64,000 nucleotides of DNA from Podarcis gaigeae (taxonomy: Eukaryota), in assembly GCA_964106915.2 (NCBI GenBank), contig OZ066919.1; one strand, 5' to 3'. Shown here piece by piece: positions 52,301 to 63,408 of the stretch. The translations under genes were made by a program, and so were the position numbers. Each line of letters opens with the position of its first letter. Within the stretch, counting starts at the first letter, position 1. The notes beneath the pieces are model-generated. The model ran no database searches, was not told the origin of the DNA, and was given only the letters and a program-made list of their open reading frames with translations.

Positions 52301-53601
52301 TAAGGCAACTTTCAGCAGGATCAGCTGCAGCTGACGGATGCCTGCAAGATGGAGAAGGAGAGGATTAGCAGAGCTGGCCCAATTAAACAAACAAACAAGC
52401 CCATCTGTGCCCATTTCAAAGTTGCCCTCAGGCAAGCACTGCCTTAAACCCCAGCTCCACCTTCCAGCCACCTCTTCTTCCAATTTCAGAAAGAAGTCTG
52501 TTCCATGATTTCCCTGTAAGTGAAAGCAAAGCCCAAACGACAGGAATGATCATTAAAGTCAGCTAATTCCTCTGCCACACCGGCAGAGTTTGACTGATTT
52601 ATTTACTTACACAATGTATTACCGTATTTTTTGCGCTATAGGACGCACATTTTCCCCTCCAAAAACTGAGGGGAAATGTGTGTGCGTCCTATGGAGCGAA
52701 TGCAGGCTCCTTGGCTTCAGCGATAGCAACGCTAAGCCTCCGAAGCGCATAGGGAGCACTCCCTCCGTACTCCAAAGGCTTCATGTTGCTTTCGCTGAAG
52801 CCTGGAGAGCCAGAGGCGTTGGTGCGCACCGACCCCTCTCGCTCTCCAGGCTTCAGGGATAGCCGCGCGCAGCCCCTCCAGCAGGGAGAAGCTGCACGGG
52901 GCTATGGCTTCTTTAGCCCCCCACAGCTTCTCCCAGGAGGGAGAGGTTGCATGGGGCTAAAGAGGAAGCCAAAGTAGCCAGTGGGATCCATCCCGCTGGC
53001 TGCCTTGGCATGTGACATAGCCGCGCGCAGCCCCTCCTGCAGGGAGAGGTTACGCACATCCTGTACGCTGCTCTTTGGGGCTGGGGGGGAAATAAGATTT
53101 TTTCCCTTGATTTCCCCCCCTAAAAACTGGGTGTGCCCTATGGTCCGGTGTGCCCTATGGAGCGAAAAATACGGTAATTTATTTGATACACTGATCCAAT
53201 GCTGTTCTTTCTGAATTGGTACCACCTTGATGTACAGTTACTTTCTTGAGATGTACAGTTTAATTTGGGTACCCATTGCAGTTCCCTCAGTGAAACACAA
53301 TCCTCCTTATGAGACACACCATAGAATCGTCGAGCTGGAAGAGACCATGGGGGTCAACTAGTCCAACCCCCTGCAATGCAGGAATCTTTTTGCTCCATAT
53401 GGGGCTCAAACTCACAACCCTGAGATTAAAGCCTCATGTTCCATCGACTGAGCTATCTAGTAAGAACCAATTCCTGAGAATGCCCTTTCAAAAGCAGAAA
53501 TGCTACATTTTGCAGTAAATGTTCAGTTTACATAGGGATGCTGGACCTTTAAATGCACTTTTAAATGGCTTTTTCAGTAAACACTTTCTAGACAAAGCCA
53601 T

Positions 53602-53644
<43 letters not shown>

Positions 53645-56600
53645 ATTAGTTAGTTAGTTTTATTCTTATTCTTATTCTTATTCTTATTCTTATTCCAACC
53701 TACCCACTCCCACCACTACTAGCTCCCATTAGCTGGTAATGCTGGTTTCTCGCCACTGTTCCATAATGTTGAAGATCCTTTCCCTGCCCTGGTCCATTCT
53801 GCATTACTTACTGATGTGATCCAAGGATCCTGTGCAGAAGTGGCCATAGAATTTCTTTGCTCCCAGAGCCCGCAGGTCTTGGATGCTGAAAGGCCAAAGG
53901 TGCAGCACATTGTTCCGGGAAAAGGAGTCTCTCTTCTCCACCACCACCACGTGGGCTCCAAGGAAGGCCAGTTCAATCGCCGAGCGGAGGCCGCAAGGGC
54001 CTGCCCCAATAATCAGGCACTGGAAAAAGAATTATCACCGGGTGGTAAGTTTATAAAATGGTGCCATAAAGGAGACAGTGCTCACACTTGGAAGCTGCCG
54101 TGGCCGCAGCCTCTGGAGCGGGCAGGTAACATATAATCCATAAGAGTGACTGTGAGCTTGGCATTGTGTCAAAAGAGCAGGCGGACAGAATGCTGCTTTT
54201 CAGAGGCAAAGGAAGACCCAGGAGCCTCTGCAGCAGGCATGTCCAAAGTCCAACTCAGGGGACTAATCCGGCCTGCCAGTTGGTTTAATCTGGCCCCTGT
54301 AGCAGCTTACCCGTATTTTTCGCTCTATAACATGCACCCGACCATAACACGCACATAGTTTTTAGAGGAGGAAAATCTGTAGGCATGCCACCCGTAGGCA
54401 TTCCCTCCATAACACGCACAGACATTTCCCCTTACTTTTTAGGAGGAAAAAAGTGAGTGTTATGGTGCAAAAAATACGGTACTTCCTGAGTGACCTAAAA
54501 AAAGGTTAACAACTTTGGTCAACCCTCACGGCCCTTCACTTCATCAAATCTGGCCCTCTTTGAAAAAAGTTTGGACACCACTGCTCTGCAGTTAACTGTG
54601 TTTTTTTTGCCATTACCATGGTCTTGTCCCCTCACTACTATAAATGCCTTCTTCAGGGATTTTTTTTTCTCAAAAAAACCCTGTTTTAGCATGGAACTTA
54701 AGTATGGTAAACACACACAGAGTGACTTGTCTCAGTCTCCTTCAGCAAAGCAGCCGTTCAATCACATGAGTGGACAGTCAGAATTTGAATCATGCTTTGT
54801 TGCAACAGATCCAGCCATGCGGGAAGTTCTTAAACATCCACCAAGATTTTTTGCAACAGATGTTTACACTCTAAACCACCTAAGGCCCGATGCTGCCCAT
54901 CTTGCCTGTACACCCCAACAAGTCACTGCAGATCCAAACATTATTTTTGCAGAGCATTCCGAGATCTGCTACATACTTCTGAGCCCTACTCTCAGAGCGT
55001 ACATTTAAGGCTTATCTTGGCAATCACCTCAAGCTGAACTGCTTAGCCTTTGTTCAAAGGCAGTTGGAATCCGTATATGGGGTTGGAAGGAAGGCAGCCC
55101 TTGCTCCATAGAGCAGAAACTCACAGACCAGCACCAAGCATCCTTGGGAAGCTGCCAAAGGTCAACCCCATTCCTGCCAGTGGTCCCCCCCCCCCACTTA
55201 AAAAGAAATTCAGCCTGATGCTCCTAGCCGAGTCTAGCCACAAAATGGCAATCTCCCATAAGATGGCATAGCTCTGTTCCAGGACAGGGCATTGTGGGAA
55301 ATTCAATCAGCCATCCCTAGCTGCCCAGCAAAGGCTCAGAGAGATTTTCAGGACACCTTCCTTGCCATCCAGTGCTTTGTGCTGCCACTAAGTAAGCCCA
55401 GCAAGGCCCTCCAGAGTTCCCTTTGTCTCCAGTTCTCTCAAACCTAGAGCCAGCCCTGGACAGAGTACAGAGTCACAAAGCAACACGGAGCCAAGAGTCA
55501 TTCATCATCAGCGGCGATGTTCACACAACCACAGTCCAGATAGTTCAGCACTTCACATTCCCAAAGCTCCACAAGCTCAGCAAAGAGTCACGTTTTCCCA
55601 GCAACAACCTGTTGCTGCTTAAGTGCTAGGAAGATGTTAAGTGTTTCTGAAACAGAAGCTCACTCCCAAGGGAATGCAACTAGGAAACAATACAAAGTAC
55701 CAAAATCCTGTAGGCTCTTCTGTCCCGTGGTTACTTGGCCATATGATTTAGCACAAAAGTAGGGCATTTAATCCCCCTGCAACACATTCTTACATGCGGT
55801 AACAGTTGGAGTCTCGACCGCAAGGGCTCCCTGCATTTCTCACATGGCTGGATTGTCAATTATATTAGGCATCCCTGGGTGTGATGTTAAGCAGGGAAGG
55901 TGGTTTTCCTGAGCTACAGGGTTTCATGGACAGAATCTTTTAACAGCCACTCAGAGCTCCTTTGGGAGGGAGAGTGGGATAGAAATTTAATAAAGAAAAT
56001 TAATATATATATAAAGGAATGGCTTCTCTTTCTTTCCTTTCCTTCAGGTTTCACAATTCCAAGTGTTTACATATTTTGAAAGATTTTCACAACACTGGTC
56101 TTTCTCAATTTTTCCTTTTAATTTTAATTGACATTTTGTTGTTTTGAGGTTTTACGGAGAAAAAATACTGCATCATCTCCATTTGCTTATGTGCTGTGTG
56201 ATGATTGGTTTGTTGGTGACGATGCAATTAAATCTTGATTTTAATGCATAAAGCGAACTTTGGAAGGGTTCTTCAGGAACACAACTTCCTACACCATTAT
56301 CAGTGTGAGTTATCTTTTAGAATAACAGGAACACAACAGACGATCTACTTCTATAAGTTAAGAACTAGGAAGTAATGATAAAACATTGTAGCAATGCACG
56401 TAGGGGTAGGCAGAACTAATGTTTACATTACATATAGCAACAAATCAGGAATTGGAGCTAGAGGTACAGCAACCACAGAATACGAAAAATAACCCAGATA
56501 CGATCATCTGTACTGCTGAAGTTTAGCACACATTTAAGAAATAGGCCTGCTTCAGCATCTGGGAAACACGGGAAGATGGTCCTTGGTATTGACCACCAGT

Positions 56601-57291
56601 GGACGGGCCTAGAATGTTCAGCATATCATGTGATGACCATCAAGTAGACAATGGTTGCAGATCCTTCAGCCCATGGACCAAACCTGGTCCACCAGGTGTT
56701 CCTATTTGGCCCACATGGTAATTTTTCTAAAACCACTTGCACCTGCCCCACATCTGATGTCATTTGTGAGGCAGGTAGAGACACGGATGCAAAAAGCAGA
56801 ACTGAACTCCTGGCACATCAGCTGAAGCATTGAGAGTTCAGTCCTCCTTTGTGTAGCATCTCCCCCAGTGGGCAAATGTTGACAGGTGGGCAGCACAAAT
56901 GACCTGTCAAAAGTTGGCCGCTCAGAATGGTGGAGATAAAGATGTGGCCCGCCAGGCCGAAAAGGTTCCCCCAACCCTGAGGTAGGCTATTCTCTGCAGC
57001 ACAGCAACCGCAGTTCTGCCACCTTACCTTGGTGTTGGTGCATGCTGTCCCCTGATCATAGTCTTTGTGCCCAGCCTTCTTGTCTAGCTTGGTCCACAAA
57101 GCTTTGGCACTCCAGTAGTTGAGACGAGACTTGAGTTTGTGATAGAACTGGAGCTGGCCAGTATGCTCCAGTCCCAGGTGTCTGCAAAGCGCCTCAAAAC
57201 TTCCCAGCACCTCTTTGCACTGCTTGGCATGGAGAAAAGTGTCAAAGAGCGAATGAGACAGATTGGACTGCTCCCCATTCTGCTGGCTCAT
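29282..57291 (-). CDS. MICAL1: MICAL1, [F-actin]-monooxygenase; 23 coding exons, ~1181 aa (MO, CH, LIM, bMERB/coiled coil)
   Basis: Exons 5'->3': 57291-57028, 54019-53812, 52341-52225, 51654-51553, 50029-49874, 48681-48581, 48372-48115, 46624-46509, 45846-45720, 45305-45221, 41766-41619, 39752-39565, 39303-39194, 38928-38878, 37438-37264, 36990-36905, 36738-36096, 35184-35105, 33742-33641, 31727-31634, 31520-31424, 30392-30319, 29445-29282; total 3546 nt, in frame. Motifs [34 protein letters not shown] domain, [33 protein letters not shown] (MICAL1-like). Adjacent to SMPD2 as in human. A small linker exon could have been missed. Confidence 0.93.
30319..30392 (-). CDS. MICAL1: MICAL1 bMERB exon ([18 protein letters not shown]...)
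   Basis: Splice sites, phase and homology. Confidence 0.92.
31424..31520 (-). CDS. MICAL1: MICAL1 bMERB exon (...[17 protein letters not shown])
   Basis: Splice sites, phase and homology. Confidence 0.93.
31634..31727 (-). CDS. MICAL1: MICAL1 bMERB exon ([10 protein letters not shown]...)
   Basis: Splice sites, phase and homology. Confidence 0.93.
32150..32512 (-). mobile_element. Sauria SINE, full length, young
   Basis: Reverse complement highly similar to the 17286-17650 copy; 13-bp TSD CATCACGCTCATA at 32137-32149 and 32513-32525. Confidence 0.92.
33641..33742 (-). CDS. MICAL1: MICAL1 exon ([24 protein letters not shown])
   Basis: Strong homology to human [24 protein letters not shown]. 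Confidence 0.93.
34835..34972 (-). mobile_element. tRNA-derived SINE with CR1-like 3' tail
   Basis: Minus strand GGGATAGCTCAGTTGGTAGAGCA...GGTTTGAGCCC (A/B boxes) followed by GGGGTTGGACTAGAT...TTCCAAC, shared with the CR1 3' end at ~2815-2865. Confidence 0.75.
35105..35184 (-). CDS. MICAL1: MICAL1 acidic exon ([17 protein letters not shown]...)
   Basis: Poly-E as in human; strong splice sites. Confidence 0.85.
36096..36738 (-). CDS. MICAL1: MICAL1 large linker exon (~214 aa)
   Basis: Continuous ORF in phase with both neighbours; [17 protein letters not shown] resembles human RRQIRLSSPERQRLSSL. Donor AAG|GTTGCT is weak. Confidence 0.7.
36905..36990 (-). CDS. MICAL1: MICAL1 exon completing the LIM domain (GNFYCMLH...)
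   Basis: Matches human GHFYCLQH; AAG|GTGAGT donor. Confidence 0.9.
37264..37438 (-). CDS. MICAL1: MICAL1 LIM-domain exon
   Basis: [13 protein letters not shown]...[11 protein letters not shown]. Confidence 0.93.
38878..38928 (-). CDS. MICAL1: MICAL1 small exon ([17 protein letters not shown])
   Basis: GGG|GTAAGT donor; similar to human ENAEDAGGKKLRLE. Confidence 0.7.
39194..39303 (-). CDS. MICAL1: MICAL1 exon (...[13 protein letters not shown]...)
   Basis: Matches human AVLFLSKLQRTL; CTG|GTGAGT donor. Confidence 0.88.
39565..39752 (-). CDS. MICAL1: MICAL1 CH-domain exon (...[10 protein letters not shown]...[10 protein letters not shown])
   Basis: Splice sites, phase and homology. Confidence 0.93.
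40190..40310 (+). mobile_element. L2-clade LINE 3' end with (ATT)n tail
   Basis: GAAGCCGCCCAGAGTGGCTGGGG..CAGCCA.ATGGG.GGGG.ATAAAT plus (ATT)n; same tail as 42520-42948 and 49128-49292. Confidence 0.7.
41619..41766 (-). CDS. MICAL1: MICAL1 CH-domain exon (EELLSWCQ...[18 protein letters not shown])
   Basis: Splice sites, phase and homology. Confidence 0.94.
42520..42948 (-). mobile_element. L2-clade LINE 3' fragment
   Basis: [41 protein letters not shown]...[15 protein letters not shown] is a typical L2 ORF2 C-terminus; (ATT)n tail. Confidence 0.88.
44570..44716 (+). mobile_element. CR1 3' fragment, degraded
   Basis: [23 protein letters not shown] resembles the CR1 ORF2 end. Confidence 0.65.
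45221..45305 (-). CDS. MICAL1: MICAL1 exon (VRNLYVTGE...IVSK), ends at a GC donor
   Basis: VRNLY matches human VRDLY; AAG|GCAAGT donor in phase 1 fits the next exon. Confidence 0.8.
45720..45846 (-). CDS. MICAL1: MICAL1 exon ([14 protein letters not shown]...DPTTRYPN...)
   Basis: Splice sites, phase and homology. Confidence 0.93.
46509..46624 (-). CDS. MICAL1: MICAL1 exon ([21 protein letters not shown]...)
   Basis: Splice sites, phase and homology. Confidence 0.95.
47523..47922 (-). mobile_element. Sauria SINE, older/diverged subfamily
   Basis: Shares the core (CTATTTATCTAC..GAA.TGCTAGGTTGGCAGG) with the young copies; direct repeat CTGAACCAGTA at 47512-47522 and 47923-47933. Confidence 0.8.
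48115..48372 (-). CDS. MICAL1: MICAL1 exon (...FDFTCM...LVGDCLVE)
   Basis: Splice sites, phase and homology. Confidence 0.94.
48581..48681 (-). CDS. MICAL1: MICAL1 exon ([23 protein letters not shown]...)
   Basis: Splice sites, phase and homology. Confidence 0.95.
48816..48969. mobile_element. Young GC-rich hAT MITE
   Basis: TIR CAGTGGCG(C/T)AGC; perfect 8-bp TSD CCCCCCGT; CpGs intact. Confidence 0.85.
49128..49292 (+). mobile_element. L2-clade LINE 3' end
   Basis: [16 protein letters not shown] plus 3'UTR and (ATC/ATT)n tail; same family as 42520-42948. Confidence 0.75.
49874..50029 (-). CDS. MICAL1: MICAL1 exon ([19 protein letters not shown]...)
   Basis: Splice sites, phase and homology. 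Confidence 0.94.
50806..50990. mobile_element. Penelope-like element remnant with inverted terminal duplication
   Basis: Inverted repeat 50818-50936, reptile PLE-type terminus CAGAGCAACACGGCTACCCACCTGAATC, 13-bp direct repeat CAAAACCTTAAGT on both sides. Family assignment is from recall. Confidence 0.65.
51553..51654 (-). CDS. MICAL1: MICAL1 exon (SGWRA...[15 protein letters not shown])
   Basis: Splice sites, phase and homology. Confidence 0.93.
52225..52341 (-). CDS. MICAL1: MICAL1 exon ([18 protein letters not shown]...)
   Basis: Splice sites, phase and homology. Confidence 0.93.
52622..53174. mobile_element. Tc2/pogo-like MITE
   Basis: TIR CCGTATTTTT..GC.CTATAG; TA TSD; CpG-rich. Confidence 0.85.
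53318..53460 (-). mobile_element. tRNA-derived SINE with CR1-like 3' tail (second copy)
   Basis: Homologous to 34835-34972. Confidence 0.72.
53601..53696. repeat. Compound microsatellite (TTAG)n(TTATTC)n
   Basis: Direct read. Confidence 0.95.
53812..54019 (-). CDS. MICAL1: MICAL1 exon with FAD-binding GAGPCG
   Basis: [17 protein letters not shown]...[11 protein letters not shown]...LDHI. Confidence 0.95.
54234..54583. mobile_element. hAT MITE containing a nested Tc2-like MITE (54311-54479)
   Basis: Outer TIR CAGGCATGTCCAAA / TTTGGACACCACTG with 8-bp TSD CTCTGCAG; inner CCGTATTTTT...AAAAATACGG with TA flanks. Confidence 0.82.
57028..57291 (-). CDS. MICAL1: MICAL1 first coding exon (MSQQNGEQ...CTNTK); exon acceptor at 57322
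   Basis: [15 protein letters not shown] homology; AAG|GTAAGG donor. Confidence 0.92.
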
Positions 57292-57602
57292 CCTCCTGGG
57301 AACTCAGGGGCAAAGAAGAAGCCTGGAAAAGAAAGAAAGCAACAGGTGAGCATCAACAGCTCCTTTGGCATTGCAAGGCAACACAAGACATAACTCCTTG
57401 CTTCCAGCTGCTCCCCCTTGGGAGATGAAGGGGAATGCAACATACTTATCTGTTTACACCCATATGCAGCCTTATACATAGGTCCTGTTCAGAAGAGCTG
57501 TGTCTGAACTCAAGACATGCTCAAGCTTAGACATGAGAGCAAATGCATGCAGTATGAGCAGATGCAGAAGTCTGAAAGCAATGTATCTTGTCTGAGCTAT
57601 TC

Positions 57603-57813
57603 CAGGGGTGGGAGAACTCTTTGGCATGGCAGGCCAGATCTTTATCTTCCCATACCCCATGGCCCATGGCCCAGCTTAATAGATGCAAGAGAAACAGCGA
57701 GCACACCAGCTGATTGACAAGTGGGCGTGATATGGGGGAAATGGCCCCATGGGGCCAGACTGGACCCCTGCCTAGCCAAGATTGGATCACGGCCTAGAAG
57801 TTCCCCACCCCTG
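57603..57813. mobile_element. hAT-like MITE
   Basis: TIR CAGGGGTGGG.GAAC / GTTCCCCACCCCTG. Confidence 0.65.
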
Positions 57814-58810
57814 AGTTATAACACCACCACTACTTCTAGTGTCTAGAGGTCAGATGTTAACTGTGATAGGTATATACAGACTTATCAAATCCCCCCAAAA
57901 ATATTTACGTATTTGAAAAGCCCCAAGTCATATTTAGCACAGAAAATGGAAAGAGCATAAAGACATATGCTTATTCCCAGTTAGGGTGCACATTTTGCCC
58001 TCAGCAGCATTAGGAAAAATCCAAGCTCTACCTCCAAGCAAAGGTCTGTCTCCTTTCACAGACAAGGCCAACAGTCAGTGTGAAAATGTTGCACACCATG
58101 GTTGACTCATGCATGTCGGGCCCAGAGAAATAGCTGGGAAGTTATCCGAAGTGGAAAAACACCACTTCCTTTTCCCCTCAGTCCATTTGCATCCCACCCG
58201 CGAAGTCTGGACCACAGAGTATGCATGAAAAGTCTTAATTCAGGTTTGCTTTGTGCTAAACAGCAGATCTACAGAAGACTAGAGGTTACACAAGATTCGG
58301 CTGCTCTTTGACTTTCTTAATCAATATTAATTCTGGAATGCAAGATATACAGACTTTAGCAAAGAACGCAGGAACACAAAAGACTCTAGCAAACAAGGAA
58401 AGTGATGAAGTGATTAATCTGCACATGTGTACTGATTTTCAAGAAAGTAGTCTATATATTTCTAACAAGAATGTTATGGGCAGTTGATATACTTGTCCCG
58501 CTGCAGCCTATTCATATTCAGGAGGAGGAGGAGTGATGTGTTTACCTGCTGTCAATGATACAGCTGTAATTTGGAAGCACTACAAAGCAGCCTGCACATT
58601 TCTCTAACCGCAGCCCTAAGTTTCCTAACACAGTGACTTGCTCGGCGTTCTGTGCTAATTTCCCCCAGCTTCGTGGTTAGCAACTTCCTGTGCACCCACT
58701 CAACCACATTTGTTGCTAAATAAGACTGACACAGGCTGGGGAAATTCCTTGCAGTGTCTAAAGAGAAAGGTGACTTCTTTCTGGTTTGCAGAAGCCAATG
58801 TGCACACACG

Positions 58811-58846
<36 letters not shown>

Positions 58847-60019
58847 ATCGTTTACTAACCATGGAGAAAGAGCTATTTCCTTCTTGCCTTCTGCACACAG
58901 AAAGGATAATAAAACAGTTGACTGGTGTAACTTCTGCTAATGACGTTTCTTTCAAGTGCTTTGCATATATATCTTCAGGCATGCATTGCATGGAGAAAGT
59001 TGTCTTTCATTGAAATCAGTCAGCTTTCCTTGCCTAGAATGCTGACTTCTTAGCACCAGGGCATTAATTTATTTTTTTTACTTAATGCAGCTGTGAAGTC
59101 ATTGGGCAGCCAATTTGATCAAGGAAGTTTTGGTGCAGGTGTTTAATCCATCTGCCCCATGTTTTCCTGATTGAACTTGCCCTCCCCAAGATGCCTATTT
59201 GCTGTGTGTGTGCGATACAGGAACCTGTATCATGCCAGTATTTTTCTCTGAATAGAAGAAATAGCAAGTGTGTGTGTGTGTGTGCGCGTGTGTACATATA
59301 CACACATCTGTGTGAGAGCAATTTAGATCAGGCAAACAGTGCAGGGATAAGAAGTTAAAAATATTCACCTCTGTGCTTCTTCCCTAATCAAATTAGCACT
59401 CACATATTCCATGGCTGCATTTAGTTAAACATTAAACATTGCAGCTCTCATGCCATAGAAGATGGTGAACTCTCATTAGCTAAAGGTTTTTAAGCAGAGG
59501 CTGGGCAATTACCTATCAGTGGTGGTGTGGCAGTGGATGCCCTGCTCCATTTGTGAGTCCTTCCAACTCTAAAATAGTTTTTTCTAATATAGGTTCCATC
59601 TTGTACAAACATCTTTATGCTCAGTGTTAACAGCTGAGCTGTACAAAGACTCTGGGCTTGAAAGCTATGTCCACTACAGAGTTTGTAACATTTTTGTTGG
59701 TCCTTAGAATGATGTGGATTTTGGAATATTTCTTGTGAACCAACATGGCTCCCTTTGCCTTTTTCACAGATCTCCAGAGTTGCCCCACATGAACCGAAAA
59801 ATGGGGAGGTTGGTTGGTGGCATCATAGCACTCAGCCAGAACAAACCCAGTGTGATTTCTCATGGTATGACAAAGAAAACATCAGGCACATGTCCTCTTT
59901 CTGGATTTCTTGGATAAATATAGGAAGGAAATAATTTGATTTAGTGCAAAAAAATTCCCCCACATGAGATGCACAGGCCTCTCCCCAGAGAGGACATGCA
60001 AGAGTTACCCTTTACCACA

Positions 60020-60604
60020 CATTACCCTGGGGTGTATGGGGTGTTGGGCGTAGTATGCCATGAGGTGGGAGGGCACATAATGCTCCCTCTAGGGTAGCTT
60101 GTCCACCTTTGGTCCTCACCCTGCACTCAGCTCTGATCTGTGACTCCTAGAAGCTGTCAGCATGCAACAGTGACCACATCCCAGGAAACGGCTTCAACTG
60201 GCCAGCTAAACCAGATGAGGGTAGCCGATGGGTCTCAAACCCTCTGTGAGTTAGGGATTTCCCCTGCATGTGAAGAAAGGCTTCAGTGGATTGAGTGGAC
60301 GAGACCAATAGTGGGTCCAACAGTCAAGAAGGCGGTTTCTGCATGTGCTGTAGGGTGCAGGTGGGACTCGTCAACCAGGCAAGGTAGCCCAACTAGGAGA
60401 AGGAAGACTCTGATCTTAAACCTCTGCTGCCTTGAGGGATATATTTGGAAGAAGACAAGACTAAGGAGTAAACCCTACACAGATTTGGAGTGGAGTTCCT
60501 AAGGCATTTGGATGGCGCCTTGTACACTTCCTTCCGGCAATTCCTGCAGCCAAGCTGGTGCCAAACATATTGCTCTGCTTTCCTCTGGACCGTATCAGCA
60601 AGGC

Positions 60605-60638
<34 letters not shown>

Positions 60639-60755
60639 GTCTTCTGGGCATCCCAGGACCTACACACTGCCCAGGCTTTAGTGCTGTTAATGTAGTGGTT
60701 TGACCTCACCCCTAAAGGCGCACTTCATTGTCCCTTGAGACAAACGAATACCAAC
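60020..60755 (+). mobile_element. Unclassified interspersed repeat resembling an RTE-type 5'UTR/non-autonomous derivative, with internal (GT)n
   Basis: Contains GGAGAAGGAAGACTCTGATCTTAAACC, a motif I recall from RTE 5' regions; no ORF. Boundaries approximate. Confidence 0.4.
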
Positions 60756-62339
60756 GCTGGACACGCACACATACAAAGCAAGTGCATTTCACTGACACTT
60801 CCTGATTATATGCAAATGTTTGCACAGTTTGTCAAGCATGCTGTTTGTCATGGGAACCACTTTTACAAATCTCCAGTGTGTCACATGGTTATTCCCTCAA
60901 AATGAGGGGGCGAGGGAGGAATATTACATCATTCCTACCTTCCTTCCTTCCCACTTCCTCTGTTCTCTATCTTCCAGACATGAGATACACTGGGGTCTGG
61001 CAACCCAATGAGTTCCTCTCTTTCAATCATTTTCTTCTGGCAGGAGTTATGCTCTGGCTATGGTTGGGGAGGAGGATTTGAATATATAATATTGAAAAGT
61101 GCTCTGTGCTGCAAGATTTACTCAGAAGTACACCCAGTGGTATTTACTGCTGGAAAAGTATGCATGAGGGTACAGGCTAACCCTAGAAGCAACAAAAAAA
61201 TATAGATTTTTTAAAAATGCTAACCGTTACATTTCAGACATTTGGGATTAATAAGCCTATGCTGACATCAACCAGAACTGGAAGCTGTTTGTTATACAGT
61301 GAACACAAAGGACAATGGCAACCAAGACTATAATCCCTCCCCATCTATGATTAAGTCCTCCTCATTCCCCAGTGAGGGTCATGTAAGGCAGGAAACTGTC
61401 TGGGTACATTTGACTTGTAAATTAAACAGGGGGGTGGGTGGGTATGGAGGAACCAACAGTGCCAAGTATTAGTAAACAGGATATTAGCCAGGAGACTCGC
61501 TATCTAAGGAAGTCTTTGAGGGCTGTTTCAATGGCCTCTCCTTTCAGTCCTTGAAACTTAAAGATTAAGTATCTTCTGACACTTGCAATTTGAAAGCATA
61601 CGTCTCACATTTTGAACACTTGGTGATCCAGACTCCAACCTCCATGCAATAAATTTCTCTGACTGTGGGAAAAAAACACCCACCAAAATTTTGAAACAAA
61701 ATTGTGAAACGAGCTACCTTGTTAGTGAAAACACACAATGGAAGTTACCTTAAAGACAAAGAAATATTTTACGGCATAAACTTTTGTGAAGATTTCAGTA
61801 AAGCCTGTTTTCCTCAAGACTTTGAATCATGACAAACTATATGCTGCCCAGGCTTAATCAGTAATTGTCTTTGCCAGTTGTTTGAACAGCATATAGGACC
61901 CTTTCCCAGAGACTCTTTCCCAAGGTTTTAACTCAGGGAAATATTTGAGATACACACAAAAACTTTTATTGAAAGATATCTGGTTGCATTTAATGGAGTC
62001 ATCCTGTTAGCGCAAGGACCTCCTCCTATGCAATAGGGATTCTTGTTCCACTCCACTACCTGTGCAACCCATCCCACCAGTGCAAAAAAATGTCTTTTTA
62101 GAGGGGCGCATGAGTTGCATAAGGAGAGGAGAGGAGAGGAAGTACTATTGCACAGGTGAAAATTCTTGCGCTAACTTTGTTGGCTACATCCCATCCCCGG
62201 ACCCCAAGATCACCATCTTGAGGTCCTTCGTCATGCGCCTCCTCCACGAGAAGCCCAGAGGGCAGCAACACAAGAATGGGCCTTTTCTGCAGTGGCTCCC
62301 TGTTTGTGGAATGCTCTCCCCAGGAAGGGTCATCTGGTG

Positions 62340-62589
62340 CAGAGGTCAGCAAACTTTTTCAGTTGAGGGCCGGTTCACTGTCCCTCAGATCTTGTGGGGG
62401 GCCAGACTATATTTTTTTGGGGGAAATGAACGAATTCCTATGCCCCACAAATAACTCAGAGATGCATTTTAAATAAAAACACACATTCTACTCATATAAA
62501 AACACGCTGATTCCTGGACCGTCCGCAAGCCAGATTTAGAAGGCGATTGGGCTGGATCCGGCCCCCAGGCCTTAGTTTGCCTACCCATG
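62340..62589. mobile_element. hAT MITE inserted into an L2-like fragment (~62195-62790)
   Basis: TIR CAGAGGTCAGCAAAC / GTTTGCCTACCCATG; decayed TSD ATCTGGTG/GTCTGGCA; both flanks read as continuous L2 3' sequence. Confidence 0.65.
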
Positions 62590-63161
62590 GTCTGGCACTT
62601 TCATTATACACCTTCAGGCGCCATGTGAAAACGTTCCTCTTCAACCAGGCCGTTGGCTGATTAACATCCGATATACTTTCAAATGTATCGTGAGAGGGGA
62701 GATTATTGGTTTGTTTTTTTATTGTATTTTTGTTATGTATTTTGCATTTTTTATATTATGGTTTTGTGGTGTAAACCACCCTGAGATCCACTCAGGTGAA
62801 GTGGAGTGACAGTAATCATATGATCATCACAGCATGCAACATTGTGTTGAAGCAAAAGCCTTGGGCAGTGCTAAGAACATCTCAGAATCCATTCCCCCAT
62901 CCACCCTTGTGCCAATAGCACTGATATAGAAAAACCTGCTTTAGAGATCAAGGGAGACACTCAAGAACATGAACGAATTGCACCTTCGAATTATTTATGT
63001 AATATCCTAAGCAACCAGATGGTTCCTTAACCAATAAGAAAATGCTTGTGCCCTCAGCATAGCTTGTTTAAAGGCTCTGCAGCAGTGACTGCATCAAGCA
63101 ATGTAGAGGGAGGCCTGGAGACACCATTTGTGTCTATCAGATTCTGTCTCTATTCAATATA

Positions 63162-63408
63162 CAGTGGTACCTCTGGTTACGAACTTAATTTGTCCCGAAA
63201 GTCCGTTCTTAACCTGAAACTGTTCTTAACCTGAGGTACCACTTTAGCTAATGGGGCCTCCTGCTGCCACCGCGTGATTTCTGTTCTCATCCTGAGGTAA
63301 AGTTCTTAACCCGAGGTACTACTTCCAGGTTAGCGGAGTCAGTAACTCAAAGTGTTTGTAACCCAAGGTGTTTGTAACCCGAGGTGTTTGTAACCTGAGG
63401 TACCACTG
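63162..63408. mobile_element. Tigger-like Tc1/mariner MITE
   Basis: TIR CAGTGGTACCTC / GAGGTACCACTG with TA TSD; internal GTGTTTGTAACC repeats. Confidence 0.88.

Noticed and set aside
63340-63400. Short direct repeats GTGTTTGTAACC x3
   Set aside because: Internal subterminal repeats of a Tigger-like MITE; not a CRISPR-like array (eukaryotic DNA, no unique spacers).
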